Part shown: positions 36,613 to 47,919 of the stretch, in pieces
How the letters are laid out: every line of letters begins with the position of its first letter
Position numbering within the stretch: position 1 is the stretch's first letter
Translations under genes and position numbers: made by a program
Notes under the pieces: model-generated
The model's database searches: none
Told to the model about the DNA's origin: nothing
The model's input: the letters and a program-made list of their open reading frames with translations, nothing else
Origin: Somniosus microcephalus
Lineage: Eukaryota
DNA length: 64,000 bases
Assembly: GCA_052327205.1 (NCBI GenBank)
Contig: CM126210.1
Location: 184,264,001-184,328,000, forward strand
Direction of reading: 5' to 3'

Positions 36613-39600
36613 TCATGTAAGAAAAAGGAGTCTCACACATCAAGTAACTTATAATCACACTATATACAAGAGAGGTCTTCACCATGCCTCTGGTAGAAGC
36701 CCCTTACAATACTGAGCAGTTCAGTATTTATACCAGTCCAACAGGAAGTGATGTATGACAGGAAGTGATGTATGTACAAAGTTCACAGTTCACAGGAAGT
36801 GACACATAACTTCCCGGAAGTTATCATTATTATCACATTCTTCCCTCCTGCAGGATTAGAAGGCTGTGGTCTTCCTTTTGTTCTGCAGCCGCCGAACGGG
36901 GAAGAGTCGCACCCATTTGGGTTCCCGTCGTAGAGGGTCGCTGGTCCACTTACATGCGGTTGGCCATTGGTCAGAGTCTGTGTGGCCTGGATTACCCTGT
37001 GAAGGGTCGGGGAGATCATGGCTTCGTGTACGAGCCCCAATAGGTTCAAAGTCGGTCTGCCTCTGTTCAGAGGGAGGTGCAGAGCTGGTCTGTGGTGGAT
37101 CAGTACTTTCGTGCGCGGTACTGGGAGGGTCGCAACTTTGAGTATGGGGTTCTACCGGCACCAAGCTAGTTGGTGTCCGATCAGGATCCTGGAGAGGGGT
37201 ACCCGATCGGTTCCAAGAGTTTCCTGGTAAAATACCATCTCCCGATGTCCCACTAGGTCCTGGTGGGCAGGGAGCCAGATCCCGTAATGATACGGTAGAT
37301 TCTCGGCCGTCGGGATATCGTATGTTTGCATAGGTGGGGTTGGCATTGGTTAGTTCGACCTCGTCTACGAGAGGGTCATTTTTAGACGTCCGAACGTATC
37401 TTCGGAGTAGAACAGGTCCAGGAGTAGTTAGCCATGATGGGAGTGATGTCCCATGAGATGAGCGACGCTGGAATCCAAAGAACCGCTCATGAGGTGTAGT
37501 ATTTGTGGCTGTAGAAAGAAGGGACCGTATAGAGTGCAATGCATCCGGAAGCACTGCTTCCCATTGCTGGTCTGGTAGGCCCCGAGATCTTAAAGCAAGA
37601 CGTACGGAATTCCAGATGATACCGTTATACCTCTCTACCTGCCCATTTCCGATGGGATGGTATGGTGTTGTTTTGCTTGTAGCAACTCCCTGTTCTGAGA
37701 GGTAGTCCTTGAGTTCCTTTGACATAAAGGATGGACCCCGATCTGAGTGAATATAAGCCGGCATGCCACAGAGAGAAAATACCTGCTCAAGGCAGCAGAT
37801 TACTGTGGACGCCAGCATATTGGAGCAGGGGAAGGCAAACGGAAAACGTGAATATTCATCAATCATGGTGAGCAAATATGTGTTCCGAGTGGAAGAGGGC
37901 ACTGGGCCCTTAAAATCGATGCTAAGTCGTTGCATCGGTTGGGTTGCGTGTATGAGCATACCATCTGAGGGGCGGAAGAACTGAGGTTTTAATTCCGCAC
38001 AAAGCCAGCATTCTGAGCATATTTTCTTTACATCTCCAGTAGAAAAAGGGAGATTCCGTGATCGTACGAAATGTAGCATGCGCGTAACGCCAGGATGACA
38101 CAATCCATTATGGACATCTATAAGAGTAGAGGACGACATAGCGGAGCAGAATGCCCGTGTGAGGGTGTCCGGGGCCACATTCTCCTTGCCAGGTCGATAG
38201 TGAATGGTATAACCAAAAGAGGCCAGTTCCATCCTCCAAAGTTGTATTTTATTATTCTTAATTTTGGTTCGTTTTCGATTATCGAGCATGAAGGCGACTG
38301 ATCGCTGGTCCGTGATTAATGTAAAGTGCTGGCGAGCTAGAAAATGGTTCCACTTCCGTACTGCCTCTATGATGGCTGTGGCTTCCTTCTCAACCGGAGG
38401 ATAATGTAGCTCGGCACCTTGTAAGGTCCTGGACGTATATGCTACAGGACGACCTTCTGATTTAGAGTAGCCGAGATCGCCACCTCCGAGGCATCACATT
38501 CGACTATGAAAGGGAGATTCTCATCGATGGAGTGAAGAGCCGCTTTCTCCAACTGTTTTTTGAGAAGGTTAAAGGCTGCAACAGCCACTGTTTCCAATGG
38601 AAATGATCTAGCATGCAGCAAGGGTTGGATTTTGTCTGAAAAATGAGGAATCCATTTAGCGTAGTATGCAAACAGACCGAGAGCCCAACGTAAAGAAGCC
38701 GGATTCTTAGGTGACGGGAGCTCTTGGAGCGGGCGAAGTCTTTCTGGGTCTGGCTTAATGATACCATTGCCTACGCAGTAGCCAAGGATGTTGATGGTCG
38801 GTTGCGACTCAACAGACTTAGATTCATTCAAGGTTAAGTTACGGCGATGGAGGGCATCCCGAAATTTTTGGAGGTTGGCGTCGTGTTCCTGTTGATTGTG
38901 ACCTGCAATAGTAATGTTATCAAGATAGGGAAAAGTGTCCCTTAGGTTTTCCTGTTTAACCAGGCCATCCATTGCCCGTTGGAAGACAGCCACTCCATTA
39001 GTAACCCCGAATGGGAGGCGACAAAATTGGTACAGCCGTCCATTAGCCTCAAAGGCCGTGTACTGCTTATCTGAGACCTTCAAGGGTACCTGATGATAGG
39101 CACTTTTTAAATCGTAAGTTGAGAACACTTTGTATTCGGCCAGTTTATTAACCATATCATCAATGCGTGGCAATGGGTAGGCGTCCAAGTCAGTATATTG
39201 ATTGATGGTTTGCGAATAATCAATGCATAGTCGTTGTTTGTGAGGTTTTAGAGGGTTCTTGACAATGACGACTTGAGCCCGCCAGGGCGACGAACATGTT
39301 TCAATGATATCCTCTGCTAGAAGTCGAGAGATTTCAGCCTCAATAAAAGATTGGTCTTCCTGATTAAAGCGCTGCGATTTCGTTATTATTGGTTTGCATC
39401 GAGGCAGAATACTGGCAAATAATGAGGGTTCATCAAGTGAAGCTGCTGACAATGCACGAAACGGTAATTTAGACGGTATATTAGAAATAGTAAGTCCAGG
39501 TTTGGATCCGCCGAACTCAATGGTGAGTTTCTTATGCTGTTTTTGGAAATCCAGCCCTAAGAGGAGATCACTACATAAGTCCTTGAGCACCGAAAGTCGG

Positions 39601-41124
39601 GTGGAGGGATACAGGCGACCATTAAGTGTCATATCAACAACACAAAAGCCGGAGGTTCTGGTATTAAGTGATGACTGAGCCATCGCAATTGCCTGGTCCG
39701 ATGGGAAGACATGTAGTTTCAATTTCGCAACAATCTGTTCTTTAATGAAACTATCAGTACTTCCTGAGTGAATTAAGGCATCTAAGGTATGCCCTTTAAT
39801 TGAAACTTTTGTAGCTGCATGAAACAGGTTCTGTGGGCAAGCAGCTGTAATTGGTGTCGTTGCACAGAGAGTGGCTGAAACTCTCGGTGTGCTTCTTCGG
39901 GAGAGAGCTCGAGAGGAAGCTTGATAGGCCCTAGCTGGAGCATCTTGATAGGCCCTAATTGGGGCAGTTCGGTAGGCCTTAGCTGGATAGGCCCTCGTAG
40001 AGGCTTTTGATTGGCAAACTTTAGCAAAGTGTCCTTTTTTTTGCAATAACTGCAGATTGCATTGCGAGCAGGGCAGAATTTCCTAGGGTGAAAAGCATCT
40101 CCACAAAAGAAGCATTCCTTCCTAGATTGCCAAGAGGCTGCTAAAGTGGGGTCATCCTCCTCTTCTTCATCAGAATTATCAGAATTAGATTCCTCCATGA
40201 TAGGGTTCACCTGAGACCACTTGAATTGTCTGGTTGCAGTTACAGCAGCAGATCGAGATCTGGGCAGCTGATAGAGGTCTGCATTTTTCTTTGCCAAATC
40301 CAGAGAACAAGCTAGGTCAAAAGCTTTTTGTAGCTCAAGTGTTTTACTTTCTAGTAGACGCTGGCGTATAAATGGAGAGGCAATCCCGCAGATGAAAGCA
40401 TCACGAATCATTTCTTCGCGGTACAGCTCAGCTGAGGCTGCCTGAAAGTTACAATCTATGCTGAGCCTGCGAAGTTCTTGAAGGAATTCGTTAATCGATT
40501 CCCCTGGCCCTTGTCGGGCTGTGGCCAGTAGATGTCTAGCATAGACCTCATTTGGAGTCTTGGCATACAGTTTCTTAAGTGCCCGAATCACCTCATCGTA
40601 ATTATCCCATTCATCAACATATTCAAACACTGTTGGGGTCACATAGTTGATAAGTATCCTCAGTTTAGTAGGAGCATTCGCTTTACATTCATCCAGAAAA
40701 TTCTCAAAAGTACGGTACCAATGCTTCCATACCCTGCCAGCTGCTGGTGTGTTCGGGTCCAAGTCCAGACAAGTAGGTTTAAGGATGTTTTCCATGATGG
40801 GTGGTTCCCTGGATCCTTAACTCCGAGTTTGTCCGAAGGTCTAGTATTTGTGAGTGTAAATACTAAGTTGCTTAAATTGATGTAAGAAAAAGGAGTCTCA
40901 CACATCAAGTAACTTTAAAGTAAGCTTTAAGCAACTTATAATCACACTATATACAAGAGAGGTCTTCACCATGCCTCTGGTAGAAGCCCCTTACAATACT
41001 GAGCAGTTCAGTATTTATACCAGTCCAACAGGAAGTGATGTATGACAGGAAGTGATGTATGTACAAAGTTCACAGTTCACAGGAAGTGACACATAACTTC
41101 CCGGAAGTTATCATTATTATCACA
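36613..41124 (-). mobile_element. Full-length Ty3/Gypsy LTR retrotransposon without a tRNA-type PBS
   Basis: LTRs 36613-36837 and 40878-41124; TSD GATCC/GATCC; PPT AGGAGGGAAGAA. Confidence 0.96.
36856..40795 (-). pseudogene. gag-pol with two frameshifts; protease DSG motif reads HSG
   Basis: ORFs 39782..40795 (Gag), 38442..40046 (PR-RT-RH; YLDN, ECDAS), 36856..38289 (IN; IDFKGP, SDRG, NGQVER). Confidence 0.94.
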
Positions 41125-41927
41125 GATCCCTTTAAATAGCACTGGTGGAAGGGGTCCTTCCTGCTGCTGAACGCGTGTTCAGCTATACGTCTTTAAGAGA
41201 GGGTGTTAGCTGGAGCGTTGAGGTTGAAAATGACAGCGCTGGTATCAAATCAGCATTACACGCTGACTGACGTGACGATCTGTCAACTCTGTATACTTCT
41301 GGCGCATGCTCCATGCTAACAACTTTACCAAAATGGCGTCTGGCGTAACCTGCACCAGAAGTGTGCGCACGTGATGCGGATGCCATTTTGGACACAAAAC
41401 AACACCCGTAGTGTTTGGTGATATCGATTTGTTGTTATCTTCTGTTGGTTGGATAATAAGAGTAATGGGGATACTACAAATTATGTGATTCTGTCCTTGT
41501 GAGATGGGACTTTTTCTAGTTACACAAAGCTATGCTTGGGTGATGGGGCTGTTTCTAATTGCATGATTCAGTGTTTGGAAGATGGAACCGTTTATCGTTA
41601 CTTGGTGGCGTGTTTGAGGTCATAGCTGTTTCCTATTACCTGATGGGTGATAGATATTTCAAGTTACACGATTGCATGTTTTGGGTCGTAGCTGTTTCCA
41701 ATTACAAAGTGGCTGGAATTCATTGACCTTTCGCACCATTCAAGTACCCAGGCAGTGTGACAATGCTCATTCAATATGGATTTCAAAGCAAAACTACATA
41801 AATGGGTCAAATATTTTGTCTAACCTTTGATTTTTAACAAATGTAGATGTAATTCTATTAGTTGTAATGATATCTTAGCTTGAGTATCAGCATTTGAAAA
41901 TGTTTGCTTAACTTTTGTTTCAATAAG

Positions 41928-41996
41928 GCAACCAGTTAGAGTCAGACTGGAGAAGTCAGTCAGTTTGCAAGATGGAGTTTGGAAGCTAGCAGTCAG
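41928..41996 (+). other. Candidate 69-nt host exon (QPVRVRLEKSVSLQDGVWKLAV), unidentified
   Basis: ttttgtttcaataag acceptor, cag|gtatt donor, one open frame, unique AT-rich context. Confidence 0.2.
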
Positions 41997-43447
41997 GTAT
42001 TAAATGTGAAGTTGTTTAAAACTATAACAAATATATTTGCTATCCCTTTGTCATTCAATGTTGAATAATTAGAAACCCTAGCAACAATATAACACACATA
42101 AATATAATACATATTACTTTATGACCTAGTTAGTTAGTCTACAGTTAATTCTATTTTTCATAAACAAAAATGCCATCAATATCTCCATCAATCTAAAATT
42201 TGCTGTCATCCCTGAGAACCATCTGGAGGAAGTGTCATATTATGTCCATGTTACTAAAACATCTTAATCTTGTTAGGATTTTCTCTTACTTTTTAAGTCT
42301 GTTTTTCTTGGCGGGGGGAGGGGGTGGGGTCATTTGCTTTTCAATTAGTTGACCAGCTTATTTCAGATTTTTAGATAAATACAAATTTCTTTCTGTTCTG
42401 CAGGCAATAAAACTTTTTTTAAGGAGTTTTATTCACACTTGCCTTTGTTCCTTCAGTTTATTTCTCTCTCGCAACAATTTCACCTCTCCTTTTACATTCT
42501 TATTTGTATTTTTTCTCTGTTTCCTTTTTAAGTGTACCATTTTCATATAACAAAGTATGGTAAACCTTTCGTTATTACTTATACAATGCAATGATGTGAA
42601 CAGCTCCTAAACATACTGAAGCATGACTTGGGTGTGATTTCATTGTGATGAAAGTGTAGCACGAGACTTCAGGCTTTCCTCCCTCAACTAAAAAATGAGG
42701 TTGGTCGAACAATTTGTCATGAAGATATTTAATGCCATTTCTTTTCATTTTCCACGAGCAATTGAAAATAGCCAGTTTTTTGCTTCAACAGCAGAAAATG
42801 CTGGCAACACTCAGCAGGTCAGGCAGCACCGTGGAGAGAGAAACAGAGTTAACGGGCCAGTAATTCCGGTCCCAACGCGTGAGTACGGACGGTGTACTCA
42901 CGCGTGGGCCCGTTGGAAGTGCCGGATTCCAGCATGCACTGCGCGCACGCGTTGAACTTCCTTCGTTTCGACAGGTTTGCGCGTGTGCAAGGGCCTGGAC
43001 TTTTTGGAAATTAAAAAAGGAGGCGTAAGGAGTGGATTCTTGAAGGTAAGTGGTCTATTATTTAAAATTATTACATTTTTTCCACAGCTTCATTGGCCTA
43101 GAAATTCAGTTTTGCCAGTTTTGGGGCGCTAACGTTAGCACCCGCCTGACTTTAGCGCCCGCCCCAAAGTTGCGCCCCCTTCGCCGAAATTCAGTTGCTT
43201 CGCCCTAAGAGGTTGCTGGAGCGCTAAAAGAGGCGTTACACGACTATCTTTAGGCGCTAAGCCGGCGGTGCAGAGGGATAGCGCCGAGGCCGGGCGCAGC
43301 GCGGGTGCGGTCATTTTTTGATTGACAGCAGACCCCGTGGCGCCGGCCAGCTCTTAAAGGGGGAAGGGACGATTTGGTCTGCTGCCACGCCCTGCACACT
43401 GCAGCTTTCAAACTAGGCCTCAACACTGCTGCTGAGCCCAATGAGCC

Positions 43448-45397
43448 ATGGCAACGCATGAGAAGGCCCGTGAGCGTGCCCTGCGCTTCTCAGAGCGTGA
43501 TCTGGATATCATGCTGACAGCATTGGAGAAGAGGCGCAGGATCTTGTTCCCAGACAATGGCAGGAATCCCACCCACCGTGTCTACACCAAAGCCTGGAGG
43601 GAGATCGCCACCAGGGTGTCATCCTACGGCGATGCCCCCAGGGACAAGGTGCAATGTTGGAAGAAATACAATGACCTGACCAGGATTGTCAGGGTGAGTA
43701 CCCTTTCCACTCTCCTCCTCATTCTTGCATGTACACCTGACATGATGGGCAAAGGGACCTGAAAGGCCTAATGGCCAGCCCTCAGCCAGCAGCTTTGGGA
43801 CAGTCATGGGCATCAATTGCACATTCTGCACTTTACACACTGGCCAAGCTATTCCACCATGAGAGGCAGTGCACACTAGATCAGAGCTACACTCTGGCCA
43901 AGCTATTCCACCATGGGAGGCAGTGCACACTACGTCACGGCTACACACCGTACTTAGAGCCCGTCCTTTCTCTTGCAGGCTAAACTTGTGAATAATCGCA
44001 AGCGCCGCGACATCACCGGGGGAAGCCGCGCCAAGTTCCAGAAGCTCACTCCCCTGGAGGAGCGCGTGAGTGGCCTCATGGGAGGCCACGTGATTGTGCC
44101 CAGAGCGTGCGGAGAAGCTGACCCTCCGCTGCCCGGCAGTGGTCAGGACCTCGCCTTTTGGCCCTCTCTCGTCGCACTTGCGCATCCGAGCTACCTCCTT
44201 TGCCACTGTGCCACCAATGCGCTGAATGCCACCAGTCATGACTCCCTCGCTGACGCCCTCTCCTCACTCTGAAGCTACTCTCGTGCCTTTCTGCTTTCAG
44301 CTGGTGATGAAGAGCTCCCTGAAGCTGCCAGTGACAGCCCCTCCGAACAGGAGGAGGAGGAGGAGGAGGAGGAGGAAGAGCAACCCGGACCATCAGGGGA
44401 GGACTCAGGTCCCGCAGCAGAGGGCGAAGTGTTGGACACATCTTCCCTGGATGAGAGCCTGGAGCAACTTTCGGAGGGGAGTGCAGCTGCTGGGACCAGT
44501 GGCATCCAGCCACCCAGGAGGGCTGCGGGTGGGCCGCGGCCTTCCCCCCAGAGGGGGGAAGGATCGGAGGGGAGTGCAGTTGCTGCGGACATTCGGTGCC
44601 AGCAACGTGCCAAGGGTCGCCTAGCTCGGACCCCTGCTCCCCAGCGGGAGAATCCCGCCTCCAGTCCGCCCACCTTCACCTCGGAGGAGGTGCGCCAGCT
44701 GGACCAAATGGCTTAGGATTCGGACCGCCGCCACACAGAGCTCATGCAGATGGTGGGACAGATGCCTGAGGCCATCGAGTCGCTGGCGACCAGTGTGCGG
44801 GAGTTTGCGGCATCAAATGCCGAGAGTGGCCGGATGATGATGGAGGTAGTGGAACGGATGCCTCCGGCGATGGAGTCGCTGGCTGATGCCGTCAAGTCAG
44901 TGGCGGATGTGATGCGGGAGCAGACCAGGGCAACAGGGGCACTCACTGCTGCCACACGCGCTGCCTCAGCCAGGCATCGCCAGGACACCCGCCGCGCTGC
45001 AGCAGCACAGCGATCCGCCCTTCGGCTGATTGGTGCGGATCGTGCAGTGCGTGCCCGGGCGAGTGCCAGCGTGCGACATCACCAGCCAGCGCCTCCAATA
45101 CGCCAGCTTGCCCACATTGCACCATCCGTCGCCGCCACTCCCCCAGTGGAGCATCAACGGCAAGCGGCTGGAGCTGATGGTGGGCATGCACATGTGCGCC
45201 AATCAACAGCCGGCCCCTCAAGGCCCAAAGCCCGTGTAGGCCGCCCCCCAAGGCCATCTGGCGGAAGGACATCTGACCCTCAGGCGCCTTCCCCCAGCCT
45301 CGCAGCAGCCACTGGGCAGAGCTTGCGGAGGAGCAGTAGGCCGGGCAGGGGCACCAAAAGGCTGGACAAGGTCTCGCCCTCGCGGGCCACTAAGTAG
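43448..45397 (+). pseudogene. H3 Myb/SANT-like gene; exons 43448-43693, 43979-44141, 44301-45397 (~500 aa); single in-frame TAG at 44714
   Basis: RFSERDLDIML...KAWREIA...QCWKKYNDL; frame preserved across predicted introns and across the TAG. Confidence 0.88.
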
Positions 45398-45759
45398 AGG
45401 GTGTGGCCAGCTTTCATTTTATATGGCGGTGGACATCTTTATTTTGCCCATGGTTGTTTTGTTTATGGGTATGTTTTTTGCGTTAAGGCCGAGGTTGAGG
45501 CCTGGTTTGTTCAAATGTGGAGTTACTCCTCCCCAGGTTGTGGGAGTGAATCGTTTGTTGCACTTTTTGTGGGGGCCGTTGATTGTTTTTGGGATTCATG
45601 TGGGAAGGGGTTTCATTTTTGTCAAATATAAATTTATCTTTATTCAGACAGTGTCCATGGTTGTTCTTGTTAGTCTTTGTTGCCTTCGCCGGCTGAAGGC
45701 TTGCGGAGTGGCTGCATTCATCTTGCTTCATGGCCACAAGGCATTCCCTGACAGGGGGC

Positions 45760-46908
45760 TTAGAAGTTACGTTCAATAAGCTGGCGACGGACGGCCCTTG
45801 GACCTTGTCGCTCCCTCCTGGGAACGTACTCCTCCTCCTCCTCCTCCTCCTCCTGCTCCTCCTGCTCCTCCTCCTGAGGTGGTGGTCCAACGTCAGGTGG
45901 CAGTGCCTGAATCCTGCGGAGAGCCAGGTTGTGTAGCATGCAGCAAACTACGACAAATTGGGAGACCCGGTGCGGCGAATACTGCAGAGATCCGCCGGAA
46001 CGATCAAGGCAGCGGAACCGCTGCTTGAGGACCCCAATAGTTTGCTCGATGATGTTTCTGCTCCTTTGATGGCTCTCGTTGTATGCCTCTTCAGCAGCGG
46101 TCCTGGGCGCGCGGAGCGGGGTCATGAGCCAGGTACACAAAGGATAGCCTTTGTCCCCGAGTAGCCATCCTCTTGGGGGAGGCTGTGCCGTGAACATGTC
46201 ATGCACAGTACTCTGCCGCAGGATAAAGGCATCGTGGCAGCTGCCTGGAAAGCAGGCATTGACAGCCAGGATGCGCTGCTTGTGGTCACACACCAGCTGC
46301 ACATTGAGAGAATGGTAGCCCTTCCGGTTGCGACACTGCTCGCCAGGCTCCAGAGGTGCCCGCAAAGCCACATGCGTACAGTCAATGGCGCCCTGCACCA
46401 AGGGGAAGGCTGCGAGTCTAGCAAATCCCACTGCACGCTGATGTTGGTTCTCCAGGGCCATGGGGAAGGAGATGAATTGGCGTCTCCTTCTGAAAAGGGC
46501 ATCGGTCACCTGGCGGATGCAGCGATGCACGCCGAACTGGGATATGTTAGCTATGTCCCCAACAGCGGATTGGAAGGAGCCGGTGGCATAGAAGTTCAAT
46601 GCCACCGTCACCTTCACTTCCACCGACAGAGACGTCCTGCACCTGAGCTTTGGACGCAGATCTCTGCGAAGCAGGTGGCAGATCTCTGCAACCACCTCCT
46701 TTCGGAATCTCAGCCTTCTTACACATCGCGCGCCACTCATGGTGAGGTAGGAGCACTGCTGGCGGTATACCCTGACTGGGTAAGGCCTATGTTGCCGATG
46801 CCTGTTGCCCCCTCTGCCTCTAGCCAGGGCTGCCCCTCTGACCCCGCGTCTGCGAGCCCTACGCACATGGCGCTGAAACTCCGCGTTGGCACCCCATGCA
46901 GCCCCCAT
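45760..46908 (-). CDS. Intact HARBI1-like DDE transposase (~382 aa from ATG 46908)
   Basis: Uninterrupted ORF with GAIDCTHV, GSCHDA, LLGDKGY, IEQTIGVLKQRFRCL, CCMLHN. Confidence 0.95.
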   Translation of the reverse strand: MGAAWGANAEFQRHVRRARRRGVRGAALARGRGGNRHRQHRPYPVRVYRQQCSYLTMSGARCVRRLRFRKEVVAEICHLLRRDLRPKLRCRTSLSVEVKVTVALNFYATGSFQSAVGDIANISQFGVHRCIRQVTDALFRRRRQFISFPMALENQHQRAVGFARLAAFPLVQGAIDCTHVALRAPLEPGEQCRNRKGYHSLNVQLVCDHKQRILAVNACFPGSCHDAFILRQSTVHDMFTAQPPPRGWLLGDKGYPLCTWLMTPLRAPRTAAEEAYNESHQRSRNIIEQTIGVLKQRFRCLDRSGGSLQYSPHRVSQFVVVCCMLHNLALRRIQALPPDVGPPPQEEEQEEQEEEEEEEEYVPRRERQGPRAVRRQLIERNF

Positions 46909-47854
46909 CAAATGCTGGCAAACAGTCACATTTCCAACAGGGCACTTGCAGCGCTTTGGCCTGAGTCCAAAAATACCTGAGCTATTGCTGCACGAAACCA
47001 GTTAGCTCTCCTCCTTGTTGTGTGTCCAGAAATCCGTTGCACAAGAGTGTTTGCTGCAAAATGGCTGCCCTTTATACTGCAGGGTACGTGCCCTTTAATT
47101 TGCGATCCCCGGGGCCCGCGTCGGCTGTGTTGCGTTCCATTTTACAAACGCTCTGGCCGCCAGCCGCACAATGGGGCGGTCCGACTGAAGTTTGGAATCG
47201 GGGCGCGCAAAGGGCATTGCACGAGGATGTGACGTCATTTTCTGCGCGCGCAGCCGGGCGGCGCTAAACTTTGCGCTGGTGCTAAGGGTCAACTTAATTT
47301 GGGGCGAGGCGCAAACTGCGCTGCGCCCGGGCGCTACACGCATAGCGCCCGAAATTCACTTCTCTTAAGGCGCTAACTGCTGGCGCAACCAACTGAATTT
47401 CTAGGCCATTGTTTTTAAGGACTTTACAGTAAGGTAAGTTTATTTTTAGACCCGAATTCGTAAAAAAAAAAAATTTCAAAAATGTTATTAATTGTTTTAA
47501 ATAGTTTTTTAAAGTTATTTATAGTTTATTTAATTATTGGGATGTTTTTTAAAATTTTTATTAAAGTTAAACTAGTCTTTTGGGCGCCCATACTTTTCAT
47601 GAGTTTGACAGTCTTTACTATCAAACTCATGAATGAGTTTCCCTCCCCTGATTGGCTGCAGAGTGCTCACCTGATCCCAGCCGGCACATCGCACTAACTA
47701 CGCCGCTGGATCAGGTAAGCACATCGCGCCGACATCTGAACCGGGCCAGTGACAGGAAATGCAAACAGGTCCGGGATTCAGATGTCAGCGCGCAGGGTGA
47801 GTGCAGATCGGGGGCTTGCACGCGCGGCAAGCCCCCGATCCTAATTTCTGGCCC

Positions 47855-47919
47855 AACGTTTCAGGTTGATGACCCTTCATCAGAACTCTGACGAAGGGTC
47901 ATCGACCTGAAACATTAAC
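47855..47919. ncRNA. Two back-to-back minimal hammerhead motifs (minus 47855-47887; plus 47888-47919), both damaged
   Basis: CTGA(T/C)GA-AGGGTCATC(A/G)ACCT-GAAAC(G/A)TT on each strand. Confidence 0.6.

Larger units (their letters stand above)
35601..41410. mobile_element. Internally deleted Harbinger H6 carrying a Gypsy insertion
   Basis: Left TIR GGCCTAGAAATTG; Myb exon 1 35930-36160 (APRFSNAALEALV...QCCKKVNDLTRVV) plus intron 1; right TIR not found. Confidence 0.75.
43095..47407. mobile_element. Near-intact autonomous-type Harbinger H3
   Basis: Perfect 17-bp TIR GGCCTAGAAATTCAGTT; TSD ATT/ATT; two convergent genes. Confidence 0.97.
42854..47854. mobile_element. Harbinger-type MITE (~690 bp without H3)
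   Basis: TIRs GGGCCAGTAATT / AATTTCTGGCCC; TSD AAC/AAC. Confidence 0.85.

Noticed and set aside
40030-40046. Programmed gag-pol frameshift at the A7 run
   Set aside because: The shift falls inside the second zinc knuckle, more consistent with a homopolymer indel
44714-44716. Regulated stop-codon readthrough in the H3 Myb gene
   Set aside because: No stop at the equivalent position in H4 and no readthrough context; a point mutation is simpler
45760-46929. Domesticated host HARBI1 gene
   Set aside because: Bounded by TIRs and TSD, paired with a Myb gene and nested in a MITE, so it is a transposon gene
46201-46980. 259-aa antisense ORF and similar shadow ORFs over transposases and pol genes
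   Set aside because: Expected opposite GC-rich coding sequence; no recognisable domains
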